Shown here: piece by piece, positions 48,795-63,893 of the stretch
How positions within the stretch are numbered: position 1 is the stretch's first letter
Layout of the letters: every line of letters begins with the position of its first letter
DNA from: Camelus dromedarius
Taxonomy: Eukaryota
Direction of reading: 5' to 3'
Assembly: GCF_036321535.1 (NCBI RefSeq)
Contig: NC_087437.1
Span: forward strand, 3,286,001 to 3,350,000
Length of the DNA stretch: 64,000 nt
Notes under the pieces: generated by a model
Told to the model about the DNA's origin: nothing
Seen by the model: only the letters and a program-made list of their open reading frames with translations
Database searches by the model: none
Made by a program: the position numbers and the translations under genes

Positions 48795-51700
48795 CAAAGG
48801 GACCTGGGGCTGAGAATAGTGAAATGACTCTAACAGGATGATGTTTAATGTAAAGTCCAGGTTACTGGTTACTGCCACAAAATGTGAAGTTGTAATTGTC
48901 AACTCACTGTGAATCAATTTGACGTAATGCCACCCCTCCGTAATAAAATTCCAGCTTCATAATGCCTCAAAAAATTGAAGTGATTGAGTCTGAGGGTCTC
49001 TGAAGACACGCCCACCCAGCCCTGCCACGTGCGCACTGGCAGGTACAGAAGGTAGCAGACATCTGTGCTGTGGGCACACCCCTAAGGCTGGCTTCCCTGT
49101 GGATGTCACAGAGGAGAGCTCCTGGAAACCCTGTCCCCAGATCTTAAGCAACCCAGCAATTTCAGGAAACTATTTATAGATTTTCACGGGAAAGCGCTAT
49201 TGACCTGGGTCTGTTTTAGTGTCTATAGAACCCATGCTTTTGAACAACTCTTTATTCGACCTTTGGGGGCCTGCTTTGCCCTTGGAGTTCTGCTGCAAAG
49301 AATCAGCCCAAGTGAAAAGTGGACGTTTGACCCCACCAGGCTGCCAGCTCTAACCCCTGACTCGTGGCGGGGAGAGGAGGCCTGTGGCCTCGTGGCTTTG
49401 CTCGCCGCTCCTCTCTCACTTCTGCCAACCTTTCCCAACTGGGAGGTGCCCCCTTGGTGGTTCTCAGCCCTTCCGTGTCCACAGATGGACCAGTGGGAGG
49501 TCCAGCATGAGAAGAGGGAGTGCACACAGACAAACTCAGAGGCAAGGGGACAGACCATCCACAGTGCCTGCAACTCCCTCCTGCAGGGCCTCAAGCTGGG
49601 GACTTGGGAGGTTGCTAGGTGTTCTGTTTTGAGCTTTCTGTGGAAAAAAAAAAAAAAAAGAAACCCTGCAATGTCGCTTTCCTCTTAAATTAAGTCAGAT
49701 GTCTCATTATTAATTTCTTATGACTCAGGCGGTGCCATCTCCTGTAAATTATAAGCTGTGATGCAGACAATTAATAACAATCAGCCGGTCTTATTTAATT
49801 TGGTCTATATGTATTTATTATCTGCCAGATCATTTTGTTGAAGCCATCTGGCCCAATGGAGGGAAAGTGGCAGAGGGGCAACGAATGAGGAGAGGGCCTC
49901 CTGGCATAGAGACAGGCGGAGGGGGAAGGAAATGACATTCTGTGCAGTCACCCCCTCCCCCCAAGCCCTCCAGAGTCGAAGTCTCTCCTGGGTACAGAGG
50001 ATTACCTGGGGATCCAGGAGCTCCAGCCAGAATAAGCCTGTGTCTCCCTGGAGACCGATGTTCACTAGGCCGCAAGGGAGTCAAGTCCTGCATGTTTCCT
50101 CCCCTCCTTCCCCTCCCCTGTGCCCAAGTGACCTGCCTCTTGGATGCACCAGCCAGGCTCTCCTGCACATGGATTTGGTTGGATTTGCCCAACAGTGGCT
50201 GGCGGCCAGAAGTCAAAGGATGGGAGGAGGAGGAAGTTGGGGCGCTGCCTCCCCAGCTCCCTGCCTGCCAGCCTACTGTTAGGCAGTGACCACATCCCTC
50301 GACAGAAGGACACGGTCCCTGCCAGGTGTCCCATCCTGCAGACATGACTCTCACTAAGTCCCTTTTGAGTGAACCATGTTTCCTGTCAAGACTCTGGCCA
50401 GTATGCACCACAAGCAGGGCGAGGAGAAGGCACTTGCACGGTCCAGTGATGCCCAGGTTTCTGGTCCAACCTCAAGAATATCAAGAGGGCAACCTCTCTC
50501 CCTCCAGGCACCAGGTGGATGTATAGAAAGGGCCCTGAATACTTCGATTGAATTATGAGGATCAAAGCCCAGGTCTTCAAGAAGAGACAGACTTGGGGAA
50601 AAGAAGACACTGGGTGAATAAATGCAAAACGAGTTCCCCTCTGAGCATGAACGTTTATGCATCCATGTAGTCTCATGATGAGTGCCGAGACCTGACTGGG
50701 GTTATGTGAACATACGGGATGCATTTAGGGGATTGTTGGGGAGATGGCTTGGATTCAGAACCTGAGAGGCTTTGAATGTTGTGGTAATTGGGTGAATAAA
50801 GGACTGTGGGGAAGGATCTTGAGCAGGACATGGGCCATCAGGGCCACGCTGTAGGGAAGTAGGTCTGGCAGGGTTTGGTGACAGGCACTGATGTGGTGAC
50901 AGGTGAAGCAGCCATCCCGGCGACGAGGCAGACGAGGTGGCTGGAAGGGCAGCAGTGGAGAGGGCCGTGTGGAAGGAAAGGCCACTTGCCTTGACTTAGG
51001 ATCCAGTGAGGGGACAGAAAGCAAGAGGTTGAAGGGTGAGTCCGGGCTGACTCAAACCTTTGGGGCCTGAAGACAGAGCACGGCGGTGCTTTCAGAGAAA
51101 CCTGGAAGCCAGCAGGAGCCGCCAGGCAGCAGGGTGAATTTGCCCGAGGACGTACGCTCAGTATCCCGGTGGAGACGACCCTTATAAGTCCAGACCTTGG
51201 TTTCAGGAGAGAGGTGGGTCTGGATGAGATGGCCAAAGAGAAGAAAGGGGGCCCGGAGACAGAAAGTAGTAGAAGACCTCCGTCTGGCAGCTGGGGAAGG
51301 GGGCACACCGGGCGAGGAGAGATGCTGGGGGACGAGGTCCCGGGGGAAGAAGTAACTCAGGGGAGTGGAGGGGAGGTTACAAGGCCAAGGGAAGTAATCC
51401 CAGGTGCCAGAGGGGAGACTGAAGGTGAAAGATGGAAAACGGGGATGGGTTGTGTCATGTGTAGGCACAAATCACTTTCAAAGGAGCAACCCCAGCAGAA
51501 TGAGACGGGAGACCCAGGAGTGAGGGCGTCAGTGGAAGGTGGGCAGTGAACACATTGGGTACCACTGCTCACACAAGAAGGCTGACCGTGAGGGAAGTGG
51601 GAGGCAGGAGGCGGGAAGGCGGACGGCCACCTGCGGATGAAAGGAGGAACGTTTCAGCTCTAAAGTAAGAAGAGGAGACCCAGTGTCAGGAAGAGATTAA

Positions 51701-53921
51701 GGATGCTAAAAAGACCCCCAGTCAAGGGTTCTGCTTCTTGTTTGGTCACATGGACCCCTTGAGAATCTGATCCAAGTTCTAGATCCTCTCACTGGGAAGT
51801 GAGCACACCAGTTCTGCACACAGTTTCAGGAGACCAGGGGTGCCCCTGGGGACCGTCTTTGTTCCTCATGTGACTCCTTGAGTTGTCAGAACTCCGGAGC
51901 GACTGTCACATTGCAGCCTTGGAGTAGCTGGGCGGAGGTGCAGCGGGGACTCCAGGGACAGAGGCAGAGCTCAGGATGTTTGGCACGTGGTACAGCAGCT
52001 GAAAATAAGCCCAGATACTGGAAGTTCACATACGAAATACAGTTATAGGCAGCATAGACGAGACAGACAGCATAAGGTATTTGGAAGGAAAATGGGAAGA
52101 AAAAGTAAAGGTTTCTTTTAACAGTGATTGCCTTTCCACATGCAAAAAAAAAAAAAATGTTCACCATAAAATGGGTTTCCCCAGAGAGAAGTTGTAAGCT
52201 ATGTAAATGTCCAACAGTAAAATAGTGGCTGTGTCATGGCAGTGCCTCCTTTAAGTGGACTGTGAGAAAGCCATTTGGAGTGATCATTATAATGATAAGA
52301 AATAATATATGCTATATATACAGACAATAACTAAACAGGAAAAGACAACGAAAATAGTACTTATTCAGCTAGTAGAATCCTGAGTGGTCATTTTTTTTTC
52401 TTACTATTTTCGGATGGCCCTTTTTATCCTTTGTAATTTTTTTTTAAAATTAAGATGATACTGCTTTCTTTTATCTCTGATTTTATAGTCTACATTTTAA
52501 TAACAGAATATGATATAATGTAGTAAGCGGAATGTGGCTTCTCCCAGATAAACCTTCAAGCCTAAAAATAGATCACCTAGTAAAGGTTCTCTCACGTACT
52601 CTTTTCTGACCCTAACCCATTTGGGACATCCTGTGTCCATGCCTTGTCTCAGTTTGTCTTAAATCTTGATTTTATAGCCCAGATGAAACACTGGCAGACC
52701 CTGGTATAGGTCTCAGAGAAATAAGGGCAGGTCCTGGGTTGAAGAGGAGAATGCTTTGCACTTCCCAGGAAGTGGACGAGGCAACCTTCGGGGTCTTTCT
52801 CCTCTGCCCATGTTCCTCTTTCTTTGCCTGTATGGAGTTTTGAGAAAACAGAATAGCGCAAGAATTAAACCTATTATTTAAGAAATGGTCCAGACTAACC
52901 AGTATCTCCACCTACAAGGCTCGTTGTGTAGATCCAAATTGTATACAAATCTAAAAAACAAAAACAAAAAAGCTGCCCTAAAGCAGGTGGTGTCGCAAAG
53001 GTTGGTGGCAGGGAGGCTAGGGAACTAACCAGAGAAGGTTCATAGGAGCTTTCCGCAGAAAACATCCAGAAGGTTCTCAAACAGCTCGCTTGTCACAGGC
53101 AGGGAGAGGATCTGAGAAATGCGCTCGTTTCAGGTGAGCAGCTCAAAACATCCAAAGAAGGAGACTGATCACTGGCATCCAGCCTTTTCTGGGAAGCAGC
53201 GCCCCGCGCGGGGACCCGGGTCAGGAGGGAGCAGCGTTTGCACCCTCACTTTACAAGGTTCTGCACAACTGCCCAGTGGCCCTGCTCAATGAAGAGGGGC
53301 CTCCAGGGCTGAAGGGGAGGCTGCCCTGGGCACAGCCCAGAACCATGGGTTTTCCTAATTAGGGCTTCGTAGCAGAAAATGAAAACGGCTCTCGGCTCTG
53401 CATCCACTGGCATCCAGGGAGCCAGGAGCCACCTCCACACACAGGCATTTTTCAGTCACTTTCTTGCTTTTATTCCTCAGCTTAACCCCATCTTTCACGG
53501 CCTCCCTGTTGCTTTTAAAATAAACCTAGCCTTTCACTCTGTTCTCTTTGCACTCACTGCTGACTTAAAGAGCATAGAGGATTTTGGTAGAAGGCCATCT
53601 CCTGAAGAGAGATTTTATCTCCAGCTTCTTCAGGGAGACTTTAGAAACCATCACTTGCCAGGAAAAAAAAATCTTTTAGCTCTCATATACTTGAGACTGT
53701 CCCTTTGCTGTCTCGTCAGACGATTCAATATTTTTCTGAGCAATGGGAACCACAGAAAGCAGTGGGCGGTATGGATCATTACTGCTTGTCTGTTGCTCTT
53801 TCTCTCCTGGTTACTTTGACTGGACCCTTCCCTGCAGGTCCTTCCACTGTAACCCCTCTGTCCCCACTCTCTGCTCCCAAGCTTAAGCATTTCTTTGGAG
53901 AGGTGTTTGCCGGGGTAACTT

Positions 53922-54388
53922 TCTTTTTTTAATTGGAGTATAGTTGATTTACAATGTGTTAGTTTCTGGTATACGGCAAAGTGATTCAGTTATACTCATA
54001 TATATAAATCTATTCTTTTTCAGATTTTTTTTCATTATAGATAATTACAAGGTATTGAATATAGTTCCCTGTGCTGTACAGTAGGATCTTGTTGTCTATC
54101 TGTTTTATATATAGTAGTGTGTATCTGTTAATCCCAAGATCCTAATTTATAGCTCCCACCCCCTTTCCCCCCAGTAACCATAAGTTTGTTTTCTATGTCC
54201 ATGAGTCTTTTTCTGTTTTGTAAATAAGTTGTGTCCTTTTTATGTCCTTTTTTTTAGATTCTACATGCAAGTGACATCATATGTTTGTCTTTCTCTGTCT
54301 GGCTTATTTCACTGAGTATAATAATCTCCAGGTCCATCCATGTTGCAGTAAATGGCATTATTTCACTTTTTTATGGCTGGGTAGTATT

Positions 54389-54422
<34 letters not shown>

Positions 54423-54660
54423 CATATACACCACATGTTCTTTATCTAGTCATCTGTTGATGGACATTTAAGTTGGTTCCACGTCTTGGCTATTGTATAT
54501 AGTGCTGCTGTGAACATTAGGGTGCATGTGTCATTTCAAATTGGAGTTTTCTCCAGATATATGCCCAGGAGTGGGATTTCTGGAACACAGGGTAACTCTA
54601 TTTTTAGTTTTTTAAGGAATCTCCATACTGTTCCCCATAGTGGCTCCATCAGTTTATATT
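53922..54660 (-). mobile_element. 5'-truncated L1 with (TG)n
   Basis: Antisense 3' UTR/ORF2 end; TSD-like GGGTAACTTTC / GGTTAACTTTC. Confidence 0.9.
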
Positions 54661-55372
54661 CGCTGGGTTAACTTTCATCTAAATGGTGACTACATTAGAA
54701 ATCAGAAGAAACATGCCTTCCCGTGTTAGCACTCCCCCCACCCCTCCAGGCTCAAGGATTTTGTTGTTATTGTTAAGAAGTGTTGATTGAGTCAGCTTTT
54801 ACTTAGATTATGATGATGTGGGGGTCATAAAAATTTACGAAGTTCAAGGATGATGATACTTGGTTTCCCACCGGGAGGGCCACAGCGTCAGGGTATCTTC
54901 TCTGTAGTAGGCAGGAGATCTGACACATGTGGGAGCCAGGAGCCAGGAGACGGATGCCGTGCACAGGGCTGCTTCTGGCAGGAATTCTGTTATAACCACT
55001 TCAACACAGCTCTCTGCCACCAGCTACTCAGGAAAATAAAGATGACCTTGTTGTATAGGCCACATCTTAAACACAGAATTAATTTTAAGAGAGTTTCCCT
55101 ATGCCTCCGAGATGGAATTGTTCCCCCTGCAGAACACATTTTCTTAGTGAATTAAGATACTCTCCTAACATCGTAGATCAGCAGAGGCTGGGCTTTCTGA
55201 CCTGTACGTCAGTCTCAAGTTTGGTCTGGGACTGGGAGAGGTGGGCGTCAGGGGGCGGGGGAGTGGGAGGGAGTGTGGAAACTTCAGAAATGGCCTCAAC
55301 CAAATGAGTAACTAGTTGTTAAAGCTAATCAGTTTCTTCCCTAACTGTGCCGATCGGCAGCCGGCTGTGTGA

Positions 55373-55579
<207 letters not shown>

Positions 55580-57111
55580 TAGGAGACTCGGTCAGCCTGG
55601 GCCTCACCAGTGCTCCCTGGCTGACCTTTCACAGATGAATAGAAATTAAAGTCTGGCACTGACTCACACTGAGACTTATGAAAGAACAGAGTAGAACCTT
55701 GACCAGACGTGTTATCCTCTCCTAGCCTAGAGAACTGAGTTCGTGCCCTTCCCACCCAGGTCACCCAAATAATTCTTTCTGCTGGCAGGACCACCAGACA
55801 GTGATTTGAGTTTCCATGTTGTAAAGTTTTAGGAGGTGCCTTGCTACGCAAAGTCTGGTTCATGGACCCGTGGCACATCACTCAGGGACTGAGAATGTCA
55901 AAACTAACTCGAGACTCTAAGTCAGAATCTGCATTTTAACGCGCATCCCAGATGATCTGTGTGCACTTTAGAGTCTGAGAATCACTGGTTTATTGGGCCC
56001 TGTTCTAACTCTCGCAGCGACCCTCCCGCAGTGGGTGGTGTGTAATAGCAGAGAAAAACCTTGCAGGAGGGGAGGCAGTCTGGGCCCTGCCCCAGCGTGG
56101 AGGCAGATTCAAACCCAGCTTCACTCACTCTACAGCTGAAGTCTGCAGTCGTGGGGTCTCACTGACCACAAAAGCTGTTGATGACTTTAGCAGAGGGTGT
56201 GTGTCTGTCCGCGAGCACGTGTGTGTGTGTTTGTATGTGTGGATATAGAAAACATGATTTTAAAGTCAGATCGGTATTGTATTTATTTTTACTTGACAGT
56301 AGATATTGACCTTTCCCAGCAAGAGAATTCCCTGTAAGAAGTGATTTGTATAAATTACATTAAACTGAATTTATTCTGCCTTTCTGGTATTTCCAGATTA
56401 AGGTGAAGTTGTTCACCTGTTTGTTGAAGAAGGCTCTTTGAGGCAGAACCAATGTAAACATAAATATGGGTGAATCTCAGTTGAGTTCTGATGGGATTGT
56501 GAAACAAGGCTAGTTGGTAGTGAGCAGTAATGAGCTGACCTGTTACACCAAGAAAACAAAGAAAGTGACCCTGTCTTCCACTTTCAGGGAGATATTATGG
56601 GATAGCCTGATTTCTGTTTCTCTAGCCTGGCAATTGTATTAAAAACCTGGTACTCAGGGAGTGACACAACCTAGTGGCCAGAACGTGCAGACAAACCAAC
56701 AGGACGGGTAACAGGAAGTTTCCATCAGGGTCCTTCCCGCTGGCGCGTCCCTGGACTTGACCTGGTCACCGCCAGAAACTTAGGTGGACGCCCAGCCAGT
56801 TGGGGATGAAAGAACAGGTCCAATAAAATCAGACAGCTCTGAACACTCAGGCCCTTATGCATTTGGAAGAGAGGGCAATAAATAGCATTTTAAATTACCT
56901 TGTTGAAGTGATCCTTACATTTAACCTTGAGATACTGACTGTGAAGACTGCTTGAATTTCAGCTCTGGTTTCTTGAGGCCCCAGTACACAGAGGATTCCT
57001 GGGGAGACCCGTGGGGATTTCTCCCAAGACCAACAGATCGCATCCCTACTGTCAGAAACTTCTCCAGACGCCCCCAAGACACCAACACAGTGATCTCCCT
57101 CCTGTGTATCT

Positions 57112-57113
<2 letters not shown>

Positions 57114-57157
<44 letters not shown>
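57114..57157. repeat. (CA)n microsatellite, about 22 units
   Basis: Direct reading. Confidence 0.95.
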
Positions 57158-57158
<1 letters not shown>

Positions 57159-59479
57159 CGTAGTCATCATACATCCTTATGGGAGAAGGAAGGGACAGAG
57201 TATCTGCAGAATGCTTAATAACTTTTAAATTCTGAAATGCTCCTAGAAGAGAGAAAGTAGGAAAAAGCACTGAGTACAATAGATGCTTAATAATAAAGTT
57301 GGCTCTGACTCTGCAGTGCAATCATGAATCCACAGAACAGACTGGGGTGTTGGCCAGAGATTGAGATGCCGACGCCCAGGGCCCTCGCTGGCTCCAGGGC
57401 AGATTTGCTGGACAATCTGAACAAGCAGCACAACCATCTCTTTCCTGAGTCCCTCGCAGGCAAGGTGCAGACATGACAATCTGAGGGACCTATGCATCTT
57501 ATAAAGCTGTTATCCCCTTATAATGTGAGCCAGGCCAAGCCTGGGGAGCATTTTGTATTCCCTCAAAAATACAGATTCAACATAAAAATAAGAGATGACA
57601 CCTTCAGGGTTATGTGAAGAATCATCGCAAATGATTCTTTAAAAATTTTTAAAGGATAATACCAAAGTTATCGGCCCCAACTGGCCCAGAAAATCAGGTG
57701 TCTGCAGCTCAGTGGAGCTTTGCTTTGTTTTGTTTTGTTTTGTTTTGTTTTCATATAAAGAGGCACCTCAGCATTGAAATGGGCACACAGGAATCGCTTC
57801 CTGAAAACTGACAAGTTGTGCCGTTTCTCTTTATGTGGGCAGTTAGACAGGAAACAGGCAGAGTCAGGAAATTTCAAGTACGGGCTTTGGAATTAATTTA
57901 TTCTCGCATCAAAGTCAGTGAGGGTGATGCTCAGAAAGAAACACTTGAATAAAAACTGACGGAAGGCAGCATCCCCCTCCTGCCACGACATGGGGTTTTT
58001 CCATCCCCAGGAGTCTGAAAACTCCTCCTGGCCTCTGACAGTCTCTCCCTGCCTTGTCCATTCCCTGTTCAGGAGTGGTTACCGGCGATCCGGGAAGCCA
58101 TACAGCTTGAGAGGTGCGTCAAGCTCTTAGCTCTCAGGGCGGCCTTGAGGGGAGGCTCCCCCCAACCTCTCCCTCCCCCAGATGTCTGGTCCGAAGACTG
58201 GAAGGCAGCCCTGCAGGCCTGTTCTCTCTGATCCTCTCTCTGGAAGAGGGACTAGTGCCCTCTCTCCGCTTGTGACTGCCCGGCGCATCCGCACTCATAC
58301 GCGAGCTCACCTGCTCCCGCGGATTGTGCCCCTCTCAGCGCCTAGGGACTGAACTGGGGTCCCCCGGGGCTTCACCCCCATCATTCCTCGGGCTCCGCAG
58401 AGACGTGGCTCTCTGAGCACCTGCCGAGTCTAATGGAACCGTGGTCTCGATGCTGTCTGAGGAGTGTAGGAGCTGAGGACATCGCTCAGAAGTGCAGACC
58501 ACAGTTTCATAGACTTGGCCGCCCAGGAATAAGGCGGGGTATTAGGAAACAGGGCAGGCGTCTCCTCCACGGTGTGCTGGAGACCAGGTCAGCACTGAAA
58601 CCCAGTCTGGAAATCAGAAGTCAGGTTTGCATCACATCACTACCTTCCCTGCTCTGCCAACTCCAGTCATAGGTCCTCTGCCTCAGCCACATGCTGGAAC
58701 CACTGGAGAAGCCTTAAATAAACGGGTGCCTGGGCCCTACCCCAGGCCCCTTGATTTAACCGGCCCGGTGTGTATACATCCTGGGGGGGTCAGGATTTTT
58801 CATTCTAATGAGCATCCAGGTTGAGACCCAGAGTTAAGTGGGCACAGGTGGGCGAGGTGGGGCAGCCGAGGACCTGAGTGGTACCTAATGGGTGCTGCAC
58901 CCTGTGAAGACACAGAGGGATTGCCCCAAGTGGTTCACAGTCTCACAGGAGAGAAAAGCATGTGAATAAGTCACAGCCCCCCGTGACCTGTGTGAGGGTG
59001 GGGACTGCATGAGGAGGGAAGGGTTAACTCTGTATCCTTTGTGGGGAGAGAGGTAGGTAGCCAGGAAGGGCCTCCTTGGGGTGATGAGTTCCACTAATTC
59101 TGTTCTTTGCTGCTGTTAGAATGTGGATGGACTTATCCTAATGATTCTGAGTTATTAGACCGGACGAGCATCCCAGGAAGGGCAGAGTCAACATGGGTCC
59201 TAGTAACAGTGGGCCTGGGGTTGGACCCGGCGGGGCCCCCTTTACCCTCCCGGGGTCCACACATGGTATCCTTGACCACACGGAGGGTTCATCTACCTTC
59301 GCCTGCAGAGCAGCTGTAACCACTGGATGTGGAGTGACTGCTCAGCAGAGCTCTGCTGTTGACCTACCTGATAAATGACAGAGGCCATTGTCTCTAATAC
59401 TCCCCACTTACTCTTAAAACATGATGGACCACAACAGGGAAAAGGGCTATCATGTCAGATCGAAAAGTCATTGTGGACC

Positions 59480-60340
59480 CCTGACCTTTAAAACTTTTTT
59501 GGCTCACATACCCCTAAAAAGAACGTTATGAAAACGGATAAGCCTCACACATTTTTACACTGAAATCTAACATTTTCCATCGTGAGTTTAAATAGTGATA
59601 AAGAATGAAAATTCTAGCATCATATAAATACGGACATTTAAAAAATAAAACTCTTACAGAAGTCTTGTGAATGCTTCCAGGGGAATCTAAATATGCGCCG
59701 TCATCCCTTTGAAAAATGCATGAACAAGCTCATCAGTTTGAGCTGAGAATTTTAATTCTTTCTTCTTTTTCATGAACTCATATTTCCGTTCCCTTCCCCC
59801 GCGGAATTTCTCCCCAGTGTATCTTGAAAAGTCTCATTTGAAATTCCTCTGTTGATCACTGTATCATACGTTTCTTTAATAAAAATATGAATCTAAATTT
59901 TAAATTTTGAATTTCTAAATTGATCTGTAATGAAAAGATTCAAAGTACTTGAAAATATCTCTGGTTTAGTTTTATCGTGATCACTATCACCGCCTAACTG
60001 ATCATAAACATTTGGGAAATTTCGGTACCTGATTATTGCCTATAAAACAGTAAAAATGAAAAAAACTTAATGAAAAAGATAATGAGTTTTTTCCCCAATT
60101 AGTTTACGTGTCTGTAGGTGACTGCTACCTGTTACTAGAATGAGAGATTCTAGCATCAGTTCTAATCCCATTTCTTGTTTTTACTAACATCAATACGAAG
60201 AAGACTTGTTTCTATAAGTAAGTACGTGATAATAGAAAGAGTCTGACTAGCAGTATTATACAATTCTTTAAATTCTAAATTTTATCTGTCATCAAAATGT
60301 ATTTTTAACCATCTACCACCTGACATCAGCACTTCGTACC
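59480..60340. mobile_element. AT-rich ancient hAT/Charlie-like DNA transposon remnant (family uncertain)
   Basis: CACATACCCCTAAAAAGAA...CACACATTTTT...ATTTAAAAAATAAAACT resembles remembered Charlie-group consensus; abrupt AT-rich block. Confidence 0.4.
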
Positions 60341-60753
60341 ATTTTTTTAAAGCCAAAATTGGCAGCTACCTGACTTGCAGAAGGATTTGTTTGCTAGTGA
60401 GTCACTCCCATTAAGGGTCCCTTTATTTTCTGCCACAGACCTTTTACTCTGGTGAGCAACGCGCCCCGCCCTGTGTGGGCAAGGAGGAGGGTAACTGTCG
60501 GGGTGGGGGGGTGAAGGGAGCGCAGGTCCTTCCATCACAGGTGTTCCTGTGAGATCAGTTTCAGCAAAAGATCCTGATTTCCTCTAAAACAAGACAGCCG
60601 TGCTCCCCTACCCCAGAAGGGCTTTGATTTCCATGTACCCCAGCTCCAAGACAACTGCTTTAGAGAACAGCCTCTACCAAGTGTCTCATTGCACTGAAAT
60701 GCTCTTTTGCTCTGAGTTCATTCCTTATGGACACAGTCACTTGTCTTTACTTT

Positions 60754-61048
60754 TTTTATTGACATGTAGTCAGTTACAATGTGTCAGTTTCTGGTGTACA
60801 GCATCATGTCCCAGTCAGCATATATATACATATATTCATTTTCATGTTCTTTTTCATTAAAGGTTATTACAAGATATTGAATATAGTTCCCTGTGCTCTA
60901 CAGAAGAAATTTGATTTTTATCTATTTTTTATATAGTGGTTAGCATTTGCAAATCTCAAACTCCCAAATGTATCCCCTCCCACCCCCATAAGATTGTTTA
61001 CTGTGTCTGCGAGTCTGTTTCTATTCTGTAGATGAGTTTATTAGAAAT
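60754..61048 (-). mobile_element. L1 3' UTR fragment with 13-bp TSD
   Basis: TTGTCTTTACTTT at 60741-60753 and 61049-61061. Confidence 0.88.
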
Positions 61049-63767
61049 TTGTCTTTACTTTGATTCATCTCTGGCTTTAGCTCAGTCTTCCTTACCAGGG
61101 AGGGTGAAAAGGACTCTTCCTTCCGCTGATCGTTTGGCCAAGGTCTTTCCCTGAGAAGTTCAAGATAGCAAGCGCATGGCCACTGAAGACCACAGGCTCT
61201 CGGATTGTGCTTTGTACTATTTTATTCTGATAGTAAGAAGCGCTACCTTCAGCGCTGTGGAGATCTGCCCTGAGTCTTTCTGATGGGCAGGTTCCCCCAA
61301 TCATGTTCTCAGTGGTTGCTCCGCAACCCTTGACCCAGTGCTGGTGGGCCCGAGCTCATGCTCCTGGCTGTGCTGGCGAGCTGGTGCTTGCTCATGGGCT
61401 CAACTTGCCTGCCCTTGTCTCTTGCATAATAAGACTCCTCTCTGCCCAGTGTTATTTTTAATCAGGAAAATGAATGCTAAAATCTATTGTGCTTAGGCTG
61501 GAAATTTTTTCTTTAGTATGTTTATCAGAGTCTTGGTGGTGGCTCACCTCTGAGAATTGATGCCCTCCTGACTCATTAATTATTCCCCTTGTAGGTGAGG
61601 CATTTTCCCCACCTCCCAATTCTTGAAACTCAATTATGTAACAGTGCGTCGTGCTCAGCAAACTTTACATCCCCAGGGGTGGCTCAGAGATATAAAAGGA
61701 ATATTGTTAAGGCTGGAACACTGCTTTGGTGATTAGAAATGGATGGAATATTAGCTCTCACCCCTCCTAAACTCATCACAGAGGAGAATAAAGGGGGTGG
61801 AGCCTCCTAGGTTCCTCCTCTGTGTTGACTTCTGAGCCTGCTGAGCTGGAGGAAGCAGGACCCATCCTCCACCCAGGACAGCTCCGTTCCAGATTTAACT
61901 GGAAAATCCTCTGAAATCGCCCTCGCCCATCCCTCCCCACATCTGCTCCCCCTTGTCTGGGTTAAGAAGGAATTGCTGAGACAAAGTATTTCAATATTTC
62001 CAAGGACCAGAAGTGTGTTTTTCTTTTTTTCTCAAAGCTGTGGTTGATCCTTTATAAGTCATTGCAGTCTTCTGTTTATCAGCATTAATACCTGTTCCAA
62101 TACCTGCTTGATGTAACACACCACAAACCCCGTATCTGCACAACAGACAGGAAGAGGGACCTGGAGATTTTCTGGTGACTTTAGACTTTGCTTTCAAAGA
62201 ATTCTGGTTTCCTTGTATCTCCCATCTCCTACACTAAATTTGGTCAGATTGGCTATACTTTGGTGACATTTTATCAGGGTCATCATTGGCTGCGTTATAA
62301 CGCCATCTAAATCAGTTTGGTGGTGATGGTGACAATCTGGCTTTGATAATATGACTTCTCAACCAGCTTTGGGGAGGCTCCTCGTTTGCTTCCAGATAGT
62401 TCCTAGGACAATGAGCTCTAATCTGAATTTCCTTTTCTGCTGGACTAACTCTGCAAAGAGCTGAGAAAGGCAGGAGTTGTTCCAAGCACAAATCTCAGTG
62501 GTGTTTTTAATGGGAGAGAAAGTAGAATGTTGATGGCCTGAGAAGGGCCTCTCCTCTGCCGAGACCATATTGCAGAGCACATCACGGCAGGCCCCTGACA
62601 GCACAAAATCTGCTCAAGGACAGTCTTATTTGTTGGCTGGTCTGGGTCCCCCATTACTGAAGCACAAGAGGAAATCCCAGTTAATGTGATACTTAATCAC
62701 GAAGTTGTAACAGTATAGTGGAAAAGGCACGGGCTTTGGAATCACACAGTGCTCCCTGATAAACCTCAGGGCACTCTCTTAGCCTTTCCAAGACTCAATT
62801 TATCCATCAGTAAAATGAGAATTTCGGTGGACCTTCAACTGTGGTGTGAAAACGAACTAAGCATGTATATTGCCAGCATCTTATCTGGCATGGTGCAGTA
62901 CCAATCAATGTCAGTCCTTTAAGCAGAAAAGTTAGACTTAAGATACAGCATAGGTGAATGAAGATGTTCAGAGAGAAATTTCAAAATGCGTAAGAGAAGC
63001 CAAACCCAAAGGACATCTATGTGACCCTTGTGCATTTTCAGAAGAATTCTCCCTTCTTTATAGAGCCAGATCTTCATGATTCAATTCACGGCTTCTGTGC
63101 TTCTTAAATATTTATTGAGCACACACCCCGTGGCAAGTATTATGCTGAAGGTAAGGGCACAGGACAGTTTGGGGCAGGGAGGCCGTGGACATGTGAAAAT
63201 AGTAATATGAAACCAGTGTCCCTTTGAATCCAGGAGCCAAGAAAAGACATGGAAACAACTTAATCGCTGCTCATGTGATAAGCAGGCGCAGTGAGTCCTG
63301 CCAGTGGAACAAAGCTGACAGTTAGCGGATCTTCCAAGCTTTCCATGCTGTTTACTCTTCCCTTTGGGTTCAGGCTCATCCGGCAGCAAAATCCTGGACC
63401 AGTCGCTTTACCTCTCAAGGCATTTCCCCACCGGTAAAGGGTGAATAACGGTCTCTCCCTGTAAAGATTTTCAGAGATAATATGTATGAAAGCTCCTAAG
63501 ACGGTCAGCCGTAGGAGTTAACGCAGGATCGCTTTCCAGAGGCGACCGAAGAGGGGAGGTGGGGAAATCCTGGGATCCTTTTATTCCTTGGTGTCAAGTC
63601 TGGCAAAAAGTTAAGGGATGAAGGTGCGGACAAAAGCCCATGACGCCCTTGGGGATTATGTCTGGATTTGAGTTGCCCACACTGTTTCTGTCCCCTGTCC
63701 ATCACCGTGGGTAATGAGAAGCGTGAGCCAGCATTCGGCCTGGTGACCTTGGTTCACCATGAGGTAA

Positions 63768-63893
<126 letters not shown>

